A DNA stretch of 26,293 nucleotides from the UHGV virus genome UHGV-0165251, one strand, 5' to 3'. The stretch comes from a virus. Positions 1 to 7,827 of this stretch are shown here, one piece after another. Numbering within the stretch: the stretch's first letter is position 1; each line of letters starts with the position of its first letter. The position numbers and the translations under genes are program-made. The notes below the pieces were generated by a model. That model saw only the letters and a program-made list of their open reading frames with translations. It ran no database searches and was not told where the DNA came from.

Positions 1-52
1 TTATCAATTTGTTGCAACGAACAGGTCACTATCAGTCAAAATAAAATCATTA
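1..52. other. attL P' arm (partial); Int arm-type binding sites at 23..52; core lies just left of the window
   Basis: Sequence matches my recollection of the lambda attP P' arm (ttatcaatttgttgcaacgaacaggtcactatcagtcaaaat); three arm-type-like decamers (aggtcactat, cagtcaaaat, aaaatcatta) abut the int stop codon. Confidence 0.6.
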
Positions 53-1120
53 TTTGATTTCAATTTTGTCCCACTCCCTGCCTCTGTCATCACGATACTG
101 TGATGCCATGGTGTCCGACTTATGCCCGAGAAGATGTTGAGCAAATTTATCGCTTATCTGCTTCTCATAGAGTCTTGCAGACAAACTGCGCAACTCGTGA
201 AAGGTTGGCGGATCCCCTTCGAAGGAAAGACCTGATGCTTTTCGTGCGCGCATAAAATACCTTGATACTGTGCCGGATGAAAGCGGTTCGCGACGAGTAG
301 ATGCAATTATGGTTTCTCCGCTAAGAATCTCTTTGCATTTATCAAGTGTTTCCTTCATTGATATCCCGAGAGCATCAACATGCAATGTTGTAGGGATGGC
401 AATTTTTACGCCTGTTTTGCTTTGCTCGACATAAAGATATCCATCTACGATATCAGACCACTTCATTTCGCATAAATCACCAACTCGCTGCCCGGTAACA
501 ACAGCCAGTTCCATTGCAAGTCTTAGCCAACATGGTGATGATTCTGCTGCTTGATAAATTTTCAGGTATTCGTCAGCCGTAAGTCTTGATCTCCTTACCT
601 CTGATTTTGCTGCGCGAGTGGCAGCGACCGGGTTTGTTGTTATATGGCCTTCAGCTATTGCCTCTCGGAATGCATCGCTTAGTGTTGATCTGATTAACTT
701 GGCTGACGCCGCCTTGCCCTCGTCTATGTATTCATTGAGCATTGCCGCAATTTCTTTTGTGGTGATGTCTTCAAGTGGAGCATCAGGCAGGCCCCTCCTT
801 ATTGCTTTAATTTTGCTCATGTAATTTATGAGTGTCTTCTGCTTGATTCCTCTGCTGGCGAGGATTTTTTCGTAGCGATCAAGCCATGAATGTAACGTAA
901 CAGAATTATCACTGTTGATTCTTGCTGTCAGAGGCTTGTGTTTGTGTCCTGAAAATAACTCAATGTTGGCCTGTATAGCTTCAGTGATTGCTATCCTCCT
1001 GTCTCGGCCTAATCCAAACTCTTTACCCGTCCTTGGGTCCCTGTAGCAGTAATATCCATTGTTTCTTATATAAAGATTAGGGGGTAAATCCCGGCGCTCA
1101 TGACTTCGCCTTCTTCCCAT
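50..1120 (-). CDS. int: tyrosine integrase, lambda Int type
   Basis: 356-aa ORF starting MGRRRSHERRDLPPNLYIRNNGYYCYRDPRTGKEFGLGRDRR and ending with the HxxR...Y catalytic region; near-identical to lambda Int as I recall it. Confidence 0.95.
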   Translation of the reverse strand: MGRRRSHERRDLPPNLYIRNNGYYCYRDPRTGKEFGLGRDRRIAITEAIQANIELFSGHKHKPLTARINSDNSVTLHSWLDRYEKILASRGIKQKTLINYMSKIKAIRRGLPDAPLEDITTKEIAAMLNEYIDEGKAASAKLIRSTLSDAFREAIAEGHITTNPVAATRAAKSEVRRSRLTADEYLKIYQAAESSPCWLRLAMELAVVTGQRVGDLCEMKWSDIVDGYLYVEQSKTGVKIAIPTTLHVDALGISMKETLDKCKEILSGETIIASTRREPLSSGTVSRYFMRARKASGLSFEGDPPTFHELRSLSARLYEKQISDKFAQHLLGHKSDTMASQYRDDRGREWDKIEIK

Positions 1121-1316
1121 TTCTGATCCTCTTCAAAAGGCTACCTGTTACTGGTCGATTTAAGTCAACCTTTACCGCTGATTCGTGGAACAGATACTCT
1201 CTTCCATCCTTAACCGGAGGAGGGAATATCCTGCACTCGCGTACCCATCGACGAACTGTTTCAAGGCTTCTTGGGCGTCGCTGGCGTGCGTTCCACTCCT
1301 GAAGTGTCAAGTACAT
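1098..1316 (-). CDS. xis: excisionase Xis
   Basis: 72-aa product MYLTLQEWNARQRRPRSLETVRRWVRECRIFPPPVKDGREYLFHESAVKVDLNRPVTGSLLKRIRNGKKAKS inside the listed 102-aa ORF; overlaps the int start by 23 nt as in lambda. Confidence 0.9.
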   Translation of the reverse strand: MYLTLQEWNARQRRPRSLETVRRWVRECRIFPPPVKDGREYLFHESAVKVDLNRPVTGSLLKRIRNGKKAKS

Positions 1317-1328
1317 CGCAAAGTCTCC

Positions 1329-1342
1329 GCAATTACACGCAA
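1329..1342 (-). promoter_or_regulatory. CII-binding site (TTGC-N6-TTGC) at the -35 of pI
   Basis: Minus strand reads ttgcgtgtaattgc just upstream of the xis ATG, the lambda pI arrangement. Confidence 0.5.
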
Positions 1343-1364
1343 GAAAAAGCCGCATTGATGCGGC
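1341..1364 (-). terminator. rho-independent terminator-like hairpin
   Basis: Minus strand gccgcatcaatgcggc (6-bp stem, 4-nt loop) followed by tttttctt. Confidence 0.45.
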
Positions 1365-1442
1365 GATGGTAGGTCTGGATATCATTGAGCAATGAACAGG
1401 CCTCATCGAGTGTGAGGCGGTGTGATTTCTTTATTTCCACTC

Positions 1443-1658
1443 TTAATGTTTGTCAGTGAATGGTTTCTCCATCTCCATTAATGCCTTATTCATCTCATTT
1501 CGTAACTCTATAGCCATCCTGACGGCTTCAACTTGTGCAGGATGTCGGTTAATTGCTGGAGAATATCGTCGGGAACGAAGGATTGAGAAAACAAAGATAA
1601 TGCAAGCAACTATCTGAATTGCATTGCATGTTATTGATACAATGTGAATTGCAGCCAT
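1443..1658 (-). CDS. hypothetical small membrane protein (one N-terminal TM helix)
   Basis: 71-aa ORF with hydrophobic stretch IHIVSITCNAIQIVACIIFVFSIL then RSRR; sits in a ~300-bp insert absent from lambda as I recall it, bounded by two terminator hairpins; gggg 6 nt upstream of the ATG. Confidence 0.35.
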   Translation of the reverse strand: MAAIHIVSITCNAIQIVACIIFVFSILRSRRYSPAINRHPAQVEAVRMAIELRNEMNKALMEMEKPFTDKH

Positions 1659-1669
1659 CTACTACCCCC

Positions 1670-1690
1670 AAAAAAACCGCCATCAGGCGG
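1670..1690 (-). terminator. rho-independent terminator (lambda-type hairpin)
   Basis: Minus strand ccgcc-tgat-ggcgg followed by seven T; overlaps the stop codon of the orf55-like gene. Confidence 0.5.
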
Positions 1691-1850
1691 CTTGGTGTTC
1701 TTTCAGTTCTTCAATTCGAATATTGGTTACGTCTGCATGTGCCATCTGCGCCCACAGCATCCAGTGGTCATAGCAGTCGTTGATGTTCTCTGCTTCGATA
1801 ACTCTGTTGAATGGTTCTCCATTCCATTCACCTGTTACTCGGAAGTGCAT
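1683..1850 (-). CDS. small hypothetical protein, lambda orf-55-like
   Basis: Own translation of the minus strand: MHFRVTGEWNGEPFNRVIEAENINDCYDHWMLWAQMAHADVTNIRIEELKEHQAA (55 aa); below the ORF-track cutoff; DNA matches the lambda region next to xis as I recall it. Confidence 0.5.
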   Translation of the reverse strand: MHFRVTGEWNGEPFNRVIEAENINDCYDHWMLWAQMAHADVTNIRIEELKEHQAA

Positions 1851-1922
1851 TTATCATCTCCATAAAACAAAACTCGCCGTAGCGAGTTCAGATAAAAGAA
1901 ATCCCCGCGAGTGCGAGGATTG

Positions 1923-2207
1923 TTATTCATTGCTGATATTCACCTTTATCGCTAACACCTTTACCGGTTTATCACCGAAGTGCGGATGTGTGATTGTCTT
2001 GATTTCATATCCACCATACGGAACATCAATTCTGCGACTGGAATCGTCGCGCTTCGGATATCCCTTTGTGATAATCAGGCGGTCATATTCCCGGAACATA
2101 ATTCGCTTATTCCAGTAGTCATTACACAGGCGATACTCTTCCGTTTTCTCCCCGCGAATCATGGCATCGAAGTATTCACCTTTGACGGCAAGTTGCAGGT
2201 TAGCCAC
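1923..2207 (-). CDS. ASCH/PUA-like domain protein (DUF3850-like)
   Basis: GTG start 6 nt after aggagg, overlapping the upstream stop; motif LAVKGEYFDAMIRGEKTEEYR resembles ASCH-domain N termini. The upstream part of the listed 142-aa ORF overlaps the Ea22-like gene and is unlikely to be coding. Confidence 0.5.
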   Translation of the reverse strand: MANLQLAVKGEYFDAMIRGEKTEEYRLCNDYWNKRIMFREYDRLIITKGYPKRDDSSRRIDVPYGGYEIKTITHPHFGDKPVKVLAIKVNISNE

Positions 2208-2949
2208 GGTTAACCTCCTGCGGCGGTTCTGGTAGCGGCATCCAGTGTGTGACGTTGCGGCTCTGCGTTTCGAAAAATTCATCACCATCACGGACGACAT
2301 CAAAAAACTCACCGTCTCGATATTGCGCATAAAGAACGAATGCGCCATCACATAAAATAATTACGTGCTGACCATCATCTGGCATTCGCTCACTACAGCT
2401 TATCCAACCATCCGGAGTTACTGGAGAGTTGCCATCCAGCGCGTTCAACTTGTAAGCCTGGCTTACAGGTTCGGCTTCCAGTTCTGCTATGCGCTTCTCT
2501 GATGCTTCAAGTAACGCCTGCTTATCGCGTAGCGCTTCTTCCAGTTCAGCAACATGGCACTCACTATCAATAAGGTTGTTCTCTGCGGCTTCCAGCTCAA
2601 CACGCAGCTTCCCTACCGTTAGCGCAATATCCTCGTTCTCCTGATCACGGTTTTTGATGTATTGCTGGTTTCTTTCCCGTTCATCCAGCAGTTCCAGCAC
2701 GGTAGCCGGATTGGCTGCAGCGATGAATTCAGCATTGGCCTGCTGTTCCATTTGGAAATCTTCATCGAAACCGCTTTCAGGATGCGCTCCTTCAATTCTG
2801 CAAATGGGAATATATCCAGCAACTTCACGATGAATTAGCGCATCATCACCATCAAATCGGCTCTCTCCATATTCGAGCGACCATACACCACACGTTGCTT
2901 TTTCTGCCTTTTCACGCAGTGCCTGATAGTCAATTTTCATACTCGCCAT
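2200..2949 (-). CDS. ea22: Ea22-like protein with a central coiled coil and a DUF551-like C terminus
   Basis: Central segment LLDERERNQQYIKNRDQENEDIALTVGKLRVELE matches lambda Ea22 as I recall it; N and C termini differ. Confidence 0.75.
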   Translation of the reverse strand: MASMKIDYQALREKAEKATCGVWSLEYGESRFDGDDALIHREVAGYIPICRIEGAHPESGFDEDFQMEQQANAEFIAAANPATVLELLDERERNQQYIKNRDQENEDIALTVGKLRVELEAAENNLIDSECHVAELEEALRDKQALLEASEKRIAELEAEPVSQAYKLNALDGNSPVTPDGWISCSERMPDDGQHVIILCDGAFVLYAQYRDGEFFDVVRDGDEFFETQSRNVTHWMPLPEPPQEVNRG

Positions 2950-3581
2950 CCTTCACAGTTGTAATCACGACATCCTTCAAAATCATATGGGCTGTACTGC
3001 CAGGTAATTTTTCCGCAATGCGGACAATTCCAGCGCACCTTACCGCTTCGCGACTTTTTTCTTCTGTTTTGTTTTTTCAACCAGTCAGGTATGACCAAAC
3101 CTGCGCCCTGAACCATTGTTCTGCGGTTAAAATTATTGATATTGAACGTCCGGCGCTTTGCTGCATCGGCAATGGAAAATGGCAACCAAACTATTCCTGG
3201 CTCGTTTTTGTTGGCGACGCTAAAGATGGTTGCTTTACTGAAGTCATCTGTTGGCAATCCACCGTGTTGAAGCCAGTAAACATCGTTGCCGTTCCAGCTA
3301 CCTTTTTTGTAGGCCACATACGCAGTGCAATCTGACTCAATCAGGCTTTCTGTAGGGATGTACTGGCAATCAACGTGCCACACAGCCATTGCATCCACGC
3401 TATCAGCACAAACAGGCTGATCGATATCTCGCCCACAATTCCAGGCTTTTTGGGCTTCTTCCTGCGTGTAAACATGTGCGCGATCGATATCAGAACTGTA
3501 ACCATTGCCGTTATGGCAATGGAATGAGGCGTTAGTACCCACAGTTTCACGCAAGCACATCATGTAAAAGCGGTTATTCAC
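2937..3581 (-). CDS. hypothetical protein with a C-terminal Cys-rich zinc-ribbon-like motif
   Basis: 214-aa ORF; CPHCGK...C..C...C at the C terminus; start overlaps the upstream stop (GTGAATAA); no family recognised. Confidence 0.6.
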   Translation of the reverse strand: MNNRFYMMCLRETVGTNASFHCHNGNGYSSDIDRAHVYTQEEAQKAWNCGRDIDQPVCADSVDAMAVWHVDCQYIPTESLIESDCTAYVAYKKGSWNGNDVYWLQHGGLPTDDFSKATIFSVANKNEPGIVWLPFSIADAAKRRTFNINNFNRRTMVQGAGLVIPDWLKKQNRRKKSRSGKVRWNCPHCGKITWQYSPYDFEGCRDYNCEGWRV

Positions 3582-3837
3582 TGGTTGCCTCCGCTTCCCA
3601 CGTTTTCAGACTTTCACCACAGAACGGGCAAAAGCACATTGCAACGCCACGACCGATATATTTCCCCGAGTGAATTTGAGCAATATCTATGCCTGACTCG
3701 CCGGTGTTTATGTTCACACGCTCCGGGATAAATATGCCTTTACTCTTGAATGTTGGATTTCCATATTCGAGAGATTTTGCCAACACCGCGCACGGTTCTA
3801 TCTTATTGCCATTAATTTGGCATTTTGACTCACTCAC
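3574..3837 (-). CDS. hypothetical Cys-containing small protein
   Basis: GTG start 6 nt after aaaggagg, overlapping the upstream stop (GTGA); contains CPFCG; 87 aa. Confidence 0.5.
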   Translation of the reverse strand: MSESKCQINGNKIEPCAVLAKSLEYGNPTFKSKGIFIPERVNINTGESGIDIAQIHSGKYIGRGVAMCFCPFCGESLKTWEAEATSE

Positions 3838-4001
3838 TGGTTGCCTCCTTTGCGCCACATCGCATTCAGATATTTGTTTTGATTCACTGATGGAAAAGAA
3901 TTTCTCTTAAGCAATTCCTCTCTCGATGGCATTGGCTTTACGCGTTGGCGAATAATCATTTCTGCCGGAAGAATGCCGGGATTGTATGCAAGTCCTCTCA
4001 T
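3834..4001 (-). CDS. hypothetical small protein (55 aa)
   Basis: ATG preceded by gaggaa at 7 nt; product [55 protein letters not shown]; stop overlaps the next start. Confidence 0.3.
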   Translation of the reverse strand: MRGLAYNPGILPAEMIIRQRVKPMPSREELLKRNSFPSVNQNKYLNAMWRKGGNQ

Positions 4002-4011
4002 GGTAAATTCC

Positions 4012-4308
4012 TCAGTCATTACTGATAGCGCCATAGCGTGAGCGGTAATTACGCAGGCGCGGGTCGATATATTCAGGGAAGTGGCTATATGTTGCTTTGC
4101 GGAATGGTCGGATTGATGTCTGGTAAATTCGCTCTCGTTCTTCTTTCTCTGCAAGCCATATGCAGTGGCGAAATTCCTTTTCCTCTTTCGTTTCCTGCGG
4201 TAGCGACATTATCAGGTCGTAGTTTTTTCTGAATTTATCCAGCACCTCCGATACGGAATTGCCGGAACAGCGGCGCGCGTCGTCCGCACCATACAGAGGC
4301 GCTGGCAT
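4012..4308 (-). CDS. hypothetical protein (98 aa)
   Basis: ATG 9 nt after aagga, directly downstream of the ssb stop; no family recognised. Confidence 0.5.
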   Translation of the reverse strand: MPAPLYGADDARRCSGNSVSEVLDKFRKNYDLIMSLPQETKEEKEFRHCIWLAEKEERERIYQTSIRPFRKATYSHFPEYIDPRLRNYRSRYGAISND

Positions 4309-4331
4309 AATGGAATCCTTATGTTGCTACT

Positions 4332-4715
4332 TTAGAAGGGAATTGAATCGTCGTATTCAGGATGATTTTGATGATTACTACTTTGCTGCTGCGGGCCATT
4401 TCCTGAAGCTGCAAATCCAATCTTTGCATTCAGTAATTCAAGAGTGATTGATTGACCATTTTGCCCCTGATAAACATCAACCCTGATGTTTTCTCCGGTA
4501 ATTTCTACAATGCCACCTTCAACAAGAACACTACGGTAGTAATCCGCTTGCGCTCCCGGCTTGGCAAATACAACGGCGCTGTAGTTTGTCCATTCTTTCT
4601 TTTTTGTCTGGCGATCGTAATACTGAACGCCAGCACGGATGTTGAATCCGATATTTTCCCCGGCCTGAAACTCTCTTGCGGGCTTGTTTAGTCTTACAGT
4701 AATCGAATGTGCCAT
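4332..4715 (-). CDS. ssb: phage single-stranded DNA-binding protein (OB fold, acidic DDSIPF tail)
   Basis: 127-aa product from the ATG overlapping the erf stop (TAATG); C-terminal ...EYDDSIPF resembles the SSB acidic tail DDDIPF. Confidence 0.7.
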   Translation of the reverse strand: MAHSITVRLNKPAREFQAGENIGFNIRAGVQYYDRQTKKKEWTNYSAVVFAKPGAQADYYRSVLVEGGIVEITGENIRVDVYQGQNGQSITLELLNAKIGFAASGNGPQQQSSNHQNHPEYDDSIPF

Positions 4716-5320
4716 TAAGCAGCCGCTCCTTCTAATTCGTCTCGTCTGATGTTGTAAACGTCCTGCGCTTTGTGCTGCTCCGGTGTGCCTTCGAGCATCT
4801 TCCACGCTTTGGCGAACGCCTGTTTAAGCTCTTCCACGGTGTTTTTCTGCATTGCTGCGTCAGTGAATGCTTTTAGAACCTGTTCAGGTGTAGGTGATGG
4901 TTTTGATTGCTTTGCTGCTGCGTTCTGCTGATGTTTATGCTCGTCTGTATCTGCATCTTTCGCATCATCAATGCCGAACAAACCATTGAGGCAATACTTG
5001 CGTGCATAAGAGCTTGTAGCTCCCGTAACTTGTGCAGAATCCATTCCTTTCTTGCTTTCTTCCTCTCGTGCAAGAGCGGTTGCCGTATGACTGTTTTCGC
5101 CATCGGTAATAGTTGCCGTGGCTTTCACGTAATACCGATCACCAATCAACACAACTTCATCGCTGATTGATAAAAACAGACCATTCAGTAACGGCTTAAC
5201 GCCTTCAAGAATGTCTTCGCAGCTTCTGTATTTATATTTGCCGAATGAGTTGTACTGATTCTTTGGCGCGTTCAGATTCTCCTGAATAGCTGCCAGTCTT
5301 GCGTAAAATTCTTTGCTCAT
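4715..5320 (-). CDS. erf: Erf-family single-strand annealing recombinase
   Basis: Product from MSKEFYARLAAIQENLNAPKNQYNSFGKYKYRSCEDILEGVKPLL... closely matches P22 Erf as I recall it. Confidence 0.85.
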   Translation of the reverse strand: MSKEFYARLAAIQENLNAPKNQYNSFGKYKYRSCEDILEGVKPLLNGLFLSISDEVVLIGDRYYVKATATITDGENSHTATALAREEESKKGMDSAQVTGATSSYARKYCLNGLFGIDDAKDADTDEHKHQQNAAAKQSKPSPTPEQVLKAFTDAAMQKNTVEELKQAFAKAWKMLEGTPEQHKAQDVYNIRRDELEGAAA

Positions 5321-5403
5321 ATGATTGTTCTCAGAATGGACACGGCCCAAGGAAATAACGCTGATTTAATACTTCGGCTCGGGACAAATTAAGGCATACC
5401 CGC

Positions 5404-5580
5404 ATTCCTTCACGGTCGCCATTATGGCGATACCAGAGAGCTTTTTGCGTGTACATGCGTCTCTGTAACTTGCTCTCCTTCACTGTGGTTGCAAGTGACA
5501 TGAATATCTCCTTCGTTACCGATTAAATCTTTCATCTGACGAATGAATTCTTCGTCTGACCAGTTATCTGTAAAACTCAT
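5404..5580 (-). CDS. hypothetical small protein (58 aa)
   Basis: Own translation MSFTDNWSDEEFIRQMKDLIGNEGDIHVTCNHSEGEQVTETHVHAKSSLVSP; ATG overlaps the kil-like stop (ATGA). Confidence 0.3.
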
Positions 5581-5729
5581 TTCCTGCGATACCACGGAAG
5601 GTTGATAGCTGATTTCATCGCTTTATTTGCTTCAAGCCACATTTTGGAATCACCAATAAATCTGGCTATTACTGCTTTGTTTTGTGCAGCACGAAGCATC
5701 TGGTGATTGATGGCTATTTCATTGCGCAT
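5577..5729 (-). CDS. kil: Kil-like small protein
   Basis: Own translation MRNEIAINHQMLRAAQNKAVIARFIGDSKMWLEANKAMKSAINLPWYRRK; FIGD.KM motif as in lambda Kil (...ATFIGDEKM...); start overlaps the cIII-like stop. Confidence 0.5.
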   Translation of the reverse strand: MRNEIAINHQMLRAAQNKAVIARFIGDSKMWLEANKAMKSAINLPWYRRK

Positions 5730-5845
5730 AATAAGACCTCAACTCTTTTCCATCCGTCACGTAATTTACGGGTGATTCGTTCAAGTAAAGATTCATTTAG
5801 TTGGAAGGCACCCATGCGAGCGCCTCCCGCGATTGCGTAAATCAT
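5714..5845 (-). CDS. cIII: CIII-like protease inhibitor
   Basis: Own translation MIYAIAGGARMGAFQLNESLLERITRKLRDGWKRVEVLLCAMK; core ESLLERITRKLRDGWKR matches lambda CIII; aagga 7 nt upstream. Confidence 0.7.
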   Translation of the reverse strand: MIYAIAGGARMGAFQLNESLLERITRKLRDGWKRVEVLLCAMK

Positions 5846-5869
5846 GGGTGGTTCCTTATGTTGGTTTTA

Positions 5870-6838
5870 TTAGTAGGTTATTTTTGTTGCGAATACTTCG
5901 CCTTTTACGATGGCTGTTATGATATTTTTAGCAACATCTTCTGATGCACCAACCTTGATAAGGTCAGCAAGTATTTTGTTATTTACTTCTTTCCGGTGAG
6001 CTTTATCCTTTGCTCTGCGCTCTTCTTCGTCCTTGATTCTTTTTTCTTCTGCTATTCTGGCTTGCTCTTTTGCTTCAGCATCGCGACGGATTTGTTCAGC
6101 ATCCTCCTGTGCTTTTCTGCGTTCTGCTTCAATTGCTGCCTGCTTTTCTCTTTCAGCTCGTTCTGCTGCCTCTTTTGCTTCGCGCTGTGCTCGTTGCTCG
6201 GCTTCAATGCGTTCACGCTCTGCACGTTCCGCTGCGGCCTTAGCTTCTGCTTCTCGCCTTGCTGCTGCTTCAATTTCGGCTTTTGCCTTTGCTTCGGCTT
6301 CTGCTCTGGCTTTCTCTTCAGCTTCTCTTTTTAAGCGCTCTTCATGCTCTCGCTTTTCCCGCTCCGTTTTGAGTCTTGCCTCTTCTCTTTGGCGGTCAAA
6401 TTCGCGATCCATCAAAATCGCTATTTCATGGTCAGACTCAATTTGCTTTGCGAGAGCTTCAGCTGCTGCCTTAGCTTCTTCTTCGGCTTTAATCCGCGCC
6501 TGTTCTTCCTCATAATCAGTAAGAGGCTGGCGTGCCTTGGCTTTCAGCTCATCAAGGCGATCACGCACTGTCTTGCGGTTAGCATCAATTAGCTTTGGAA
6601 TTTCTTTCAGTTCAGCAACAAGGTCTTTGCCAAGACCATCGAGATATGTTTTCGTCTGCGCAACTTTATACGCCAGAGAAGCGATCTCCTTTCTGCCCTT
6701 TGCCGTTGTGATATCAGGCACAAAGGACATAACTTCACGTTCAACCTTTTGAAGGATTTCTTCAATCTGGTCGGAAGACTGAAATACAGTCATTGCATTT
6801 GCTTTTTCAATAACAACTAAATCTGTTACTTCACTCAT
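5870..6838 (-). CDS. hypothetical coiled-coil protein with a long charged E/A/K/R-rich central region
   Basis: 322-aa ORF; ggagga RBS; ~150-aa stretch of AEAKAKAEIEAAARREAEAKAAAERAERE-type repeats between distinct N- and C-terminal domains. Confidence 0.75.
   Translation of the reverse strand: MSEVTDLVVIEKANAMTVFQSSDQIEEILQKVEREVMSFVPDITTAKGRKEIASLAYKVAQTKTYLDGLGKDLVAELKEIPKLIDANRKTVRDRLDELKAKARQPLTDYEEEQARIKAEEEAKAAAEALAKQIESDHEIAILMDREFDRQREEARLKTEREKREHEERLKREAEEKARAEAEAKAKAEIEAAARREAEAKAAAERAERERIEAEQRAQREAKEAAERAEREKQAAIEAERRKAQEDAEQIRRDAEAKEQARIAEEKRIKDEEERRAKDKAHRKEVNNKILADLIKVGASEDVAKNIITAIVKGEVFATKITY
5996..6400. repeat. low-complexity purine/pyrimidine-skewed repeat DNA encoding the charged repeat region
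   Basis: Imperfect reiteration of ctgcttc/ttctgc/ttttgc units; generates spurious long ORFs in other frames. Confidence 0.6.
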
Positions 6839-6850
6839 ATATCCTCCGTC

Positions 6851-6876
6851 AAAAAATTGCCCTCACATCGGAGGGC
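6851..6876 (-). terminator. rho-independent terminator
   Basis: Minus strand ttgccctc-cgatgt-gagggcaa followed by tttttt, immediately upstream of the RBS of the coiled-coil gene; the same hairpin precedes ea10 in lambda as I recall it. Confidence 0.55.
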
Positions 6877-6982
6877 AAAGAAGATTTCCAATAATCAGAA
6901 CAAGTCGGCTCCTGTTTAGTTACGAGCGACATTGCTCCGTGTATTCACTCGTTGGAATGAATACACAGTGCCTATTCGCAGC

Positions 6983-7309
6983 CTACATAATCATTCCGGT
7001 TATTATTACCATTTCAATATCACTATCTTTCATAATGATTGGTGTTGAGTTATCAACTTTACTTTTACTCCATTTTCCTGCATCAGTTTTTACCGCTCCA
7101 CAATAAGAAAGCCAATCATCATCACAATGTTCTGGATCACTGATTCTGACAAGAACTCGTGATAGTGCTTTTTCGATACTTTCATCACAATTAGCATTTG
7201 TGTAATTGCCGTGAGACAATTTCAAATCGTTAACTTCATCTTCATTGGCATCAAAAATATAGATTTCAGTCGACTCTGGAACATTTTCATAAACCATTAA
7301 AACTTTCAT
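6983..7309 (-). CDS. hypothetical acidic protein (108 aa) at the position lambda uses for ral
   Basis: ORF rich in D/E (net charge roughly -11 by my count); no family recognised. Confidence 0.6.
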   Translation of the reverse strand: MKVLMVYENVPESTEIYIFDANEDEVNDLKLSHGNYTNANCDESIEKALSRVLVRISDPEHCDDDWLSYCGAVKTDAGKWSKSKVDNSTPIIMKDSDIEMVIITGMIM

Positions 7310-7324
7310 TTTTACCCCGTATTG

Positions 7325-7352
7325 TTTATGCCAAAAATAAAGGCCTACTATG
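7325..7352. repeat. 28-bp direct repeat, copy 1 (tttatgccaaaaataaaggcctactatg)
   Basis: 27/28 identical to copy 2 at 8095..8122; the same motif lies downstream of ral in lambda as I recall it. Confidence 0.7.
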
Positions 7353-7368
7353 CGTCCTAGTAGAATGC

Positions 7369-7827
7369 CTAATTTTCTGTTTCTTGGTTGTGTCCAAAGT
7401 TATATTCAATATCTGGTGTTGATGTATCAATATTCTTCATCCCATCAACAAGAGTTGATACAACAGCCAAATCTTGTTTGATTCTCATTAAATGGTATTT
7501 CTTCCGGCGCAATAAACTTTCAATGGCAAGTTTCTTCGTTGGGAATGCAAAAGATCTTTCTGCATTTTTTGCTACTTTCTTAATTTCATATCTATTTCTC
7601 TTTTGTTTCCATTCCTGTAACCACTGATTTGGTGCTGGTTTAAAATTAACGATCCAATGCGCAGGAACCAACCATGCATAATGCTCTGTCTGATGAAAAG
7701 CTATATATTGAAGTGCGAATATTTTGATTCCATCTTCTTCAACTGTCGCCTGGAATCTCCAGAAAACAGGCATTCCATCATGTTCAGTTTCTGATTCAGG
7801 AAAAGGTACGCTCCATGATATTGTCAT
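7369..7827 (-). CDS. hypothetical protein (152 aa), second gene of the repeat-flanked cassette
   Basis: Start overlaps the upstream stop (ATGA); no family recognised. Confidence 0.65.
   Translation of the reverse strand: MTISWSVPFPESETEHDGMPVFWRFQATVEEDGIKIFALQYIAFHQTEHYAWLVPAHWIVNFKPAPNQWLQEWKQKRNRYEIKKVAKNAERSFAFPTKKLAIESLLRRKKYHLMRIKQDLAVVSTLVDGMKNIDTSTPDIEYNFGHNQETEN

Noticed and set aside
618-824. 68-aa plus-strand ORF inside int
   Set aside because: Lies antisense within the well-supported integrase gene; no RBS and no recognisable product.
1644-2118. Plus-strand ORFs 1644..1865 and 1780..2118
   Set aside because: Overlap the minus-strand orf55-like gene, the terminator and the ASCH-like gene; the whole region is transcribed leftward in lambdoid phages.
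5996-6592. Long plus-strand ORFs (112, 160 and 82 aa) rich in C/F/S/L or A/S/R
   Set aside because: Alternative-frame and antisense artifacts of the low-complexity repeat that encodes the charged region of the 5870..6838 protein.
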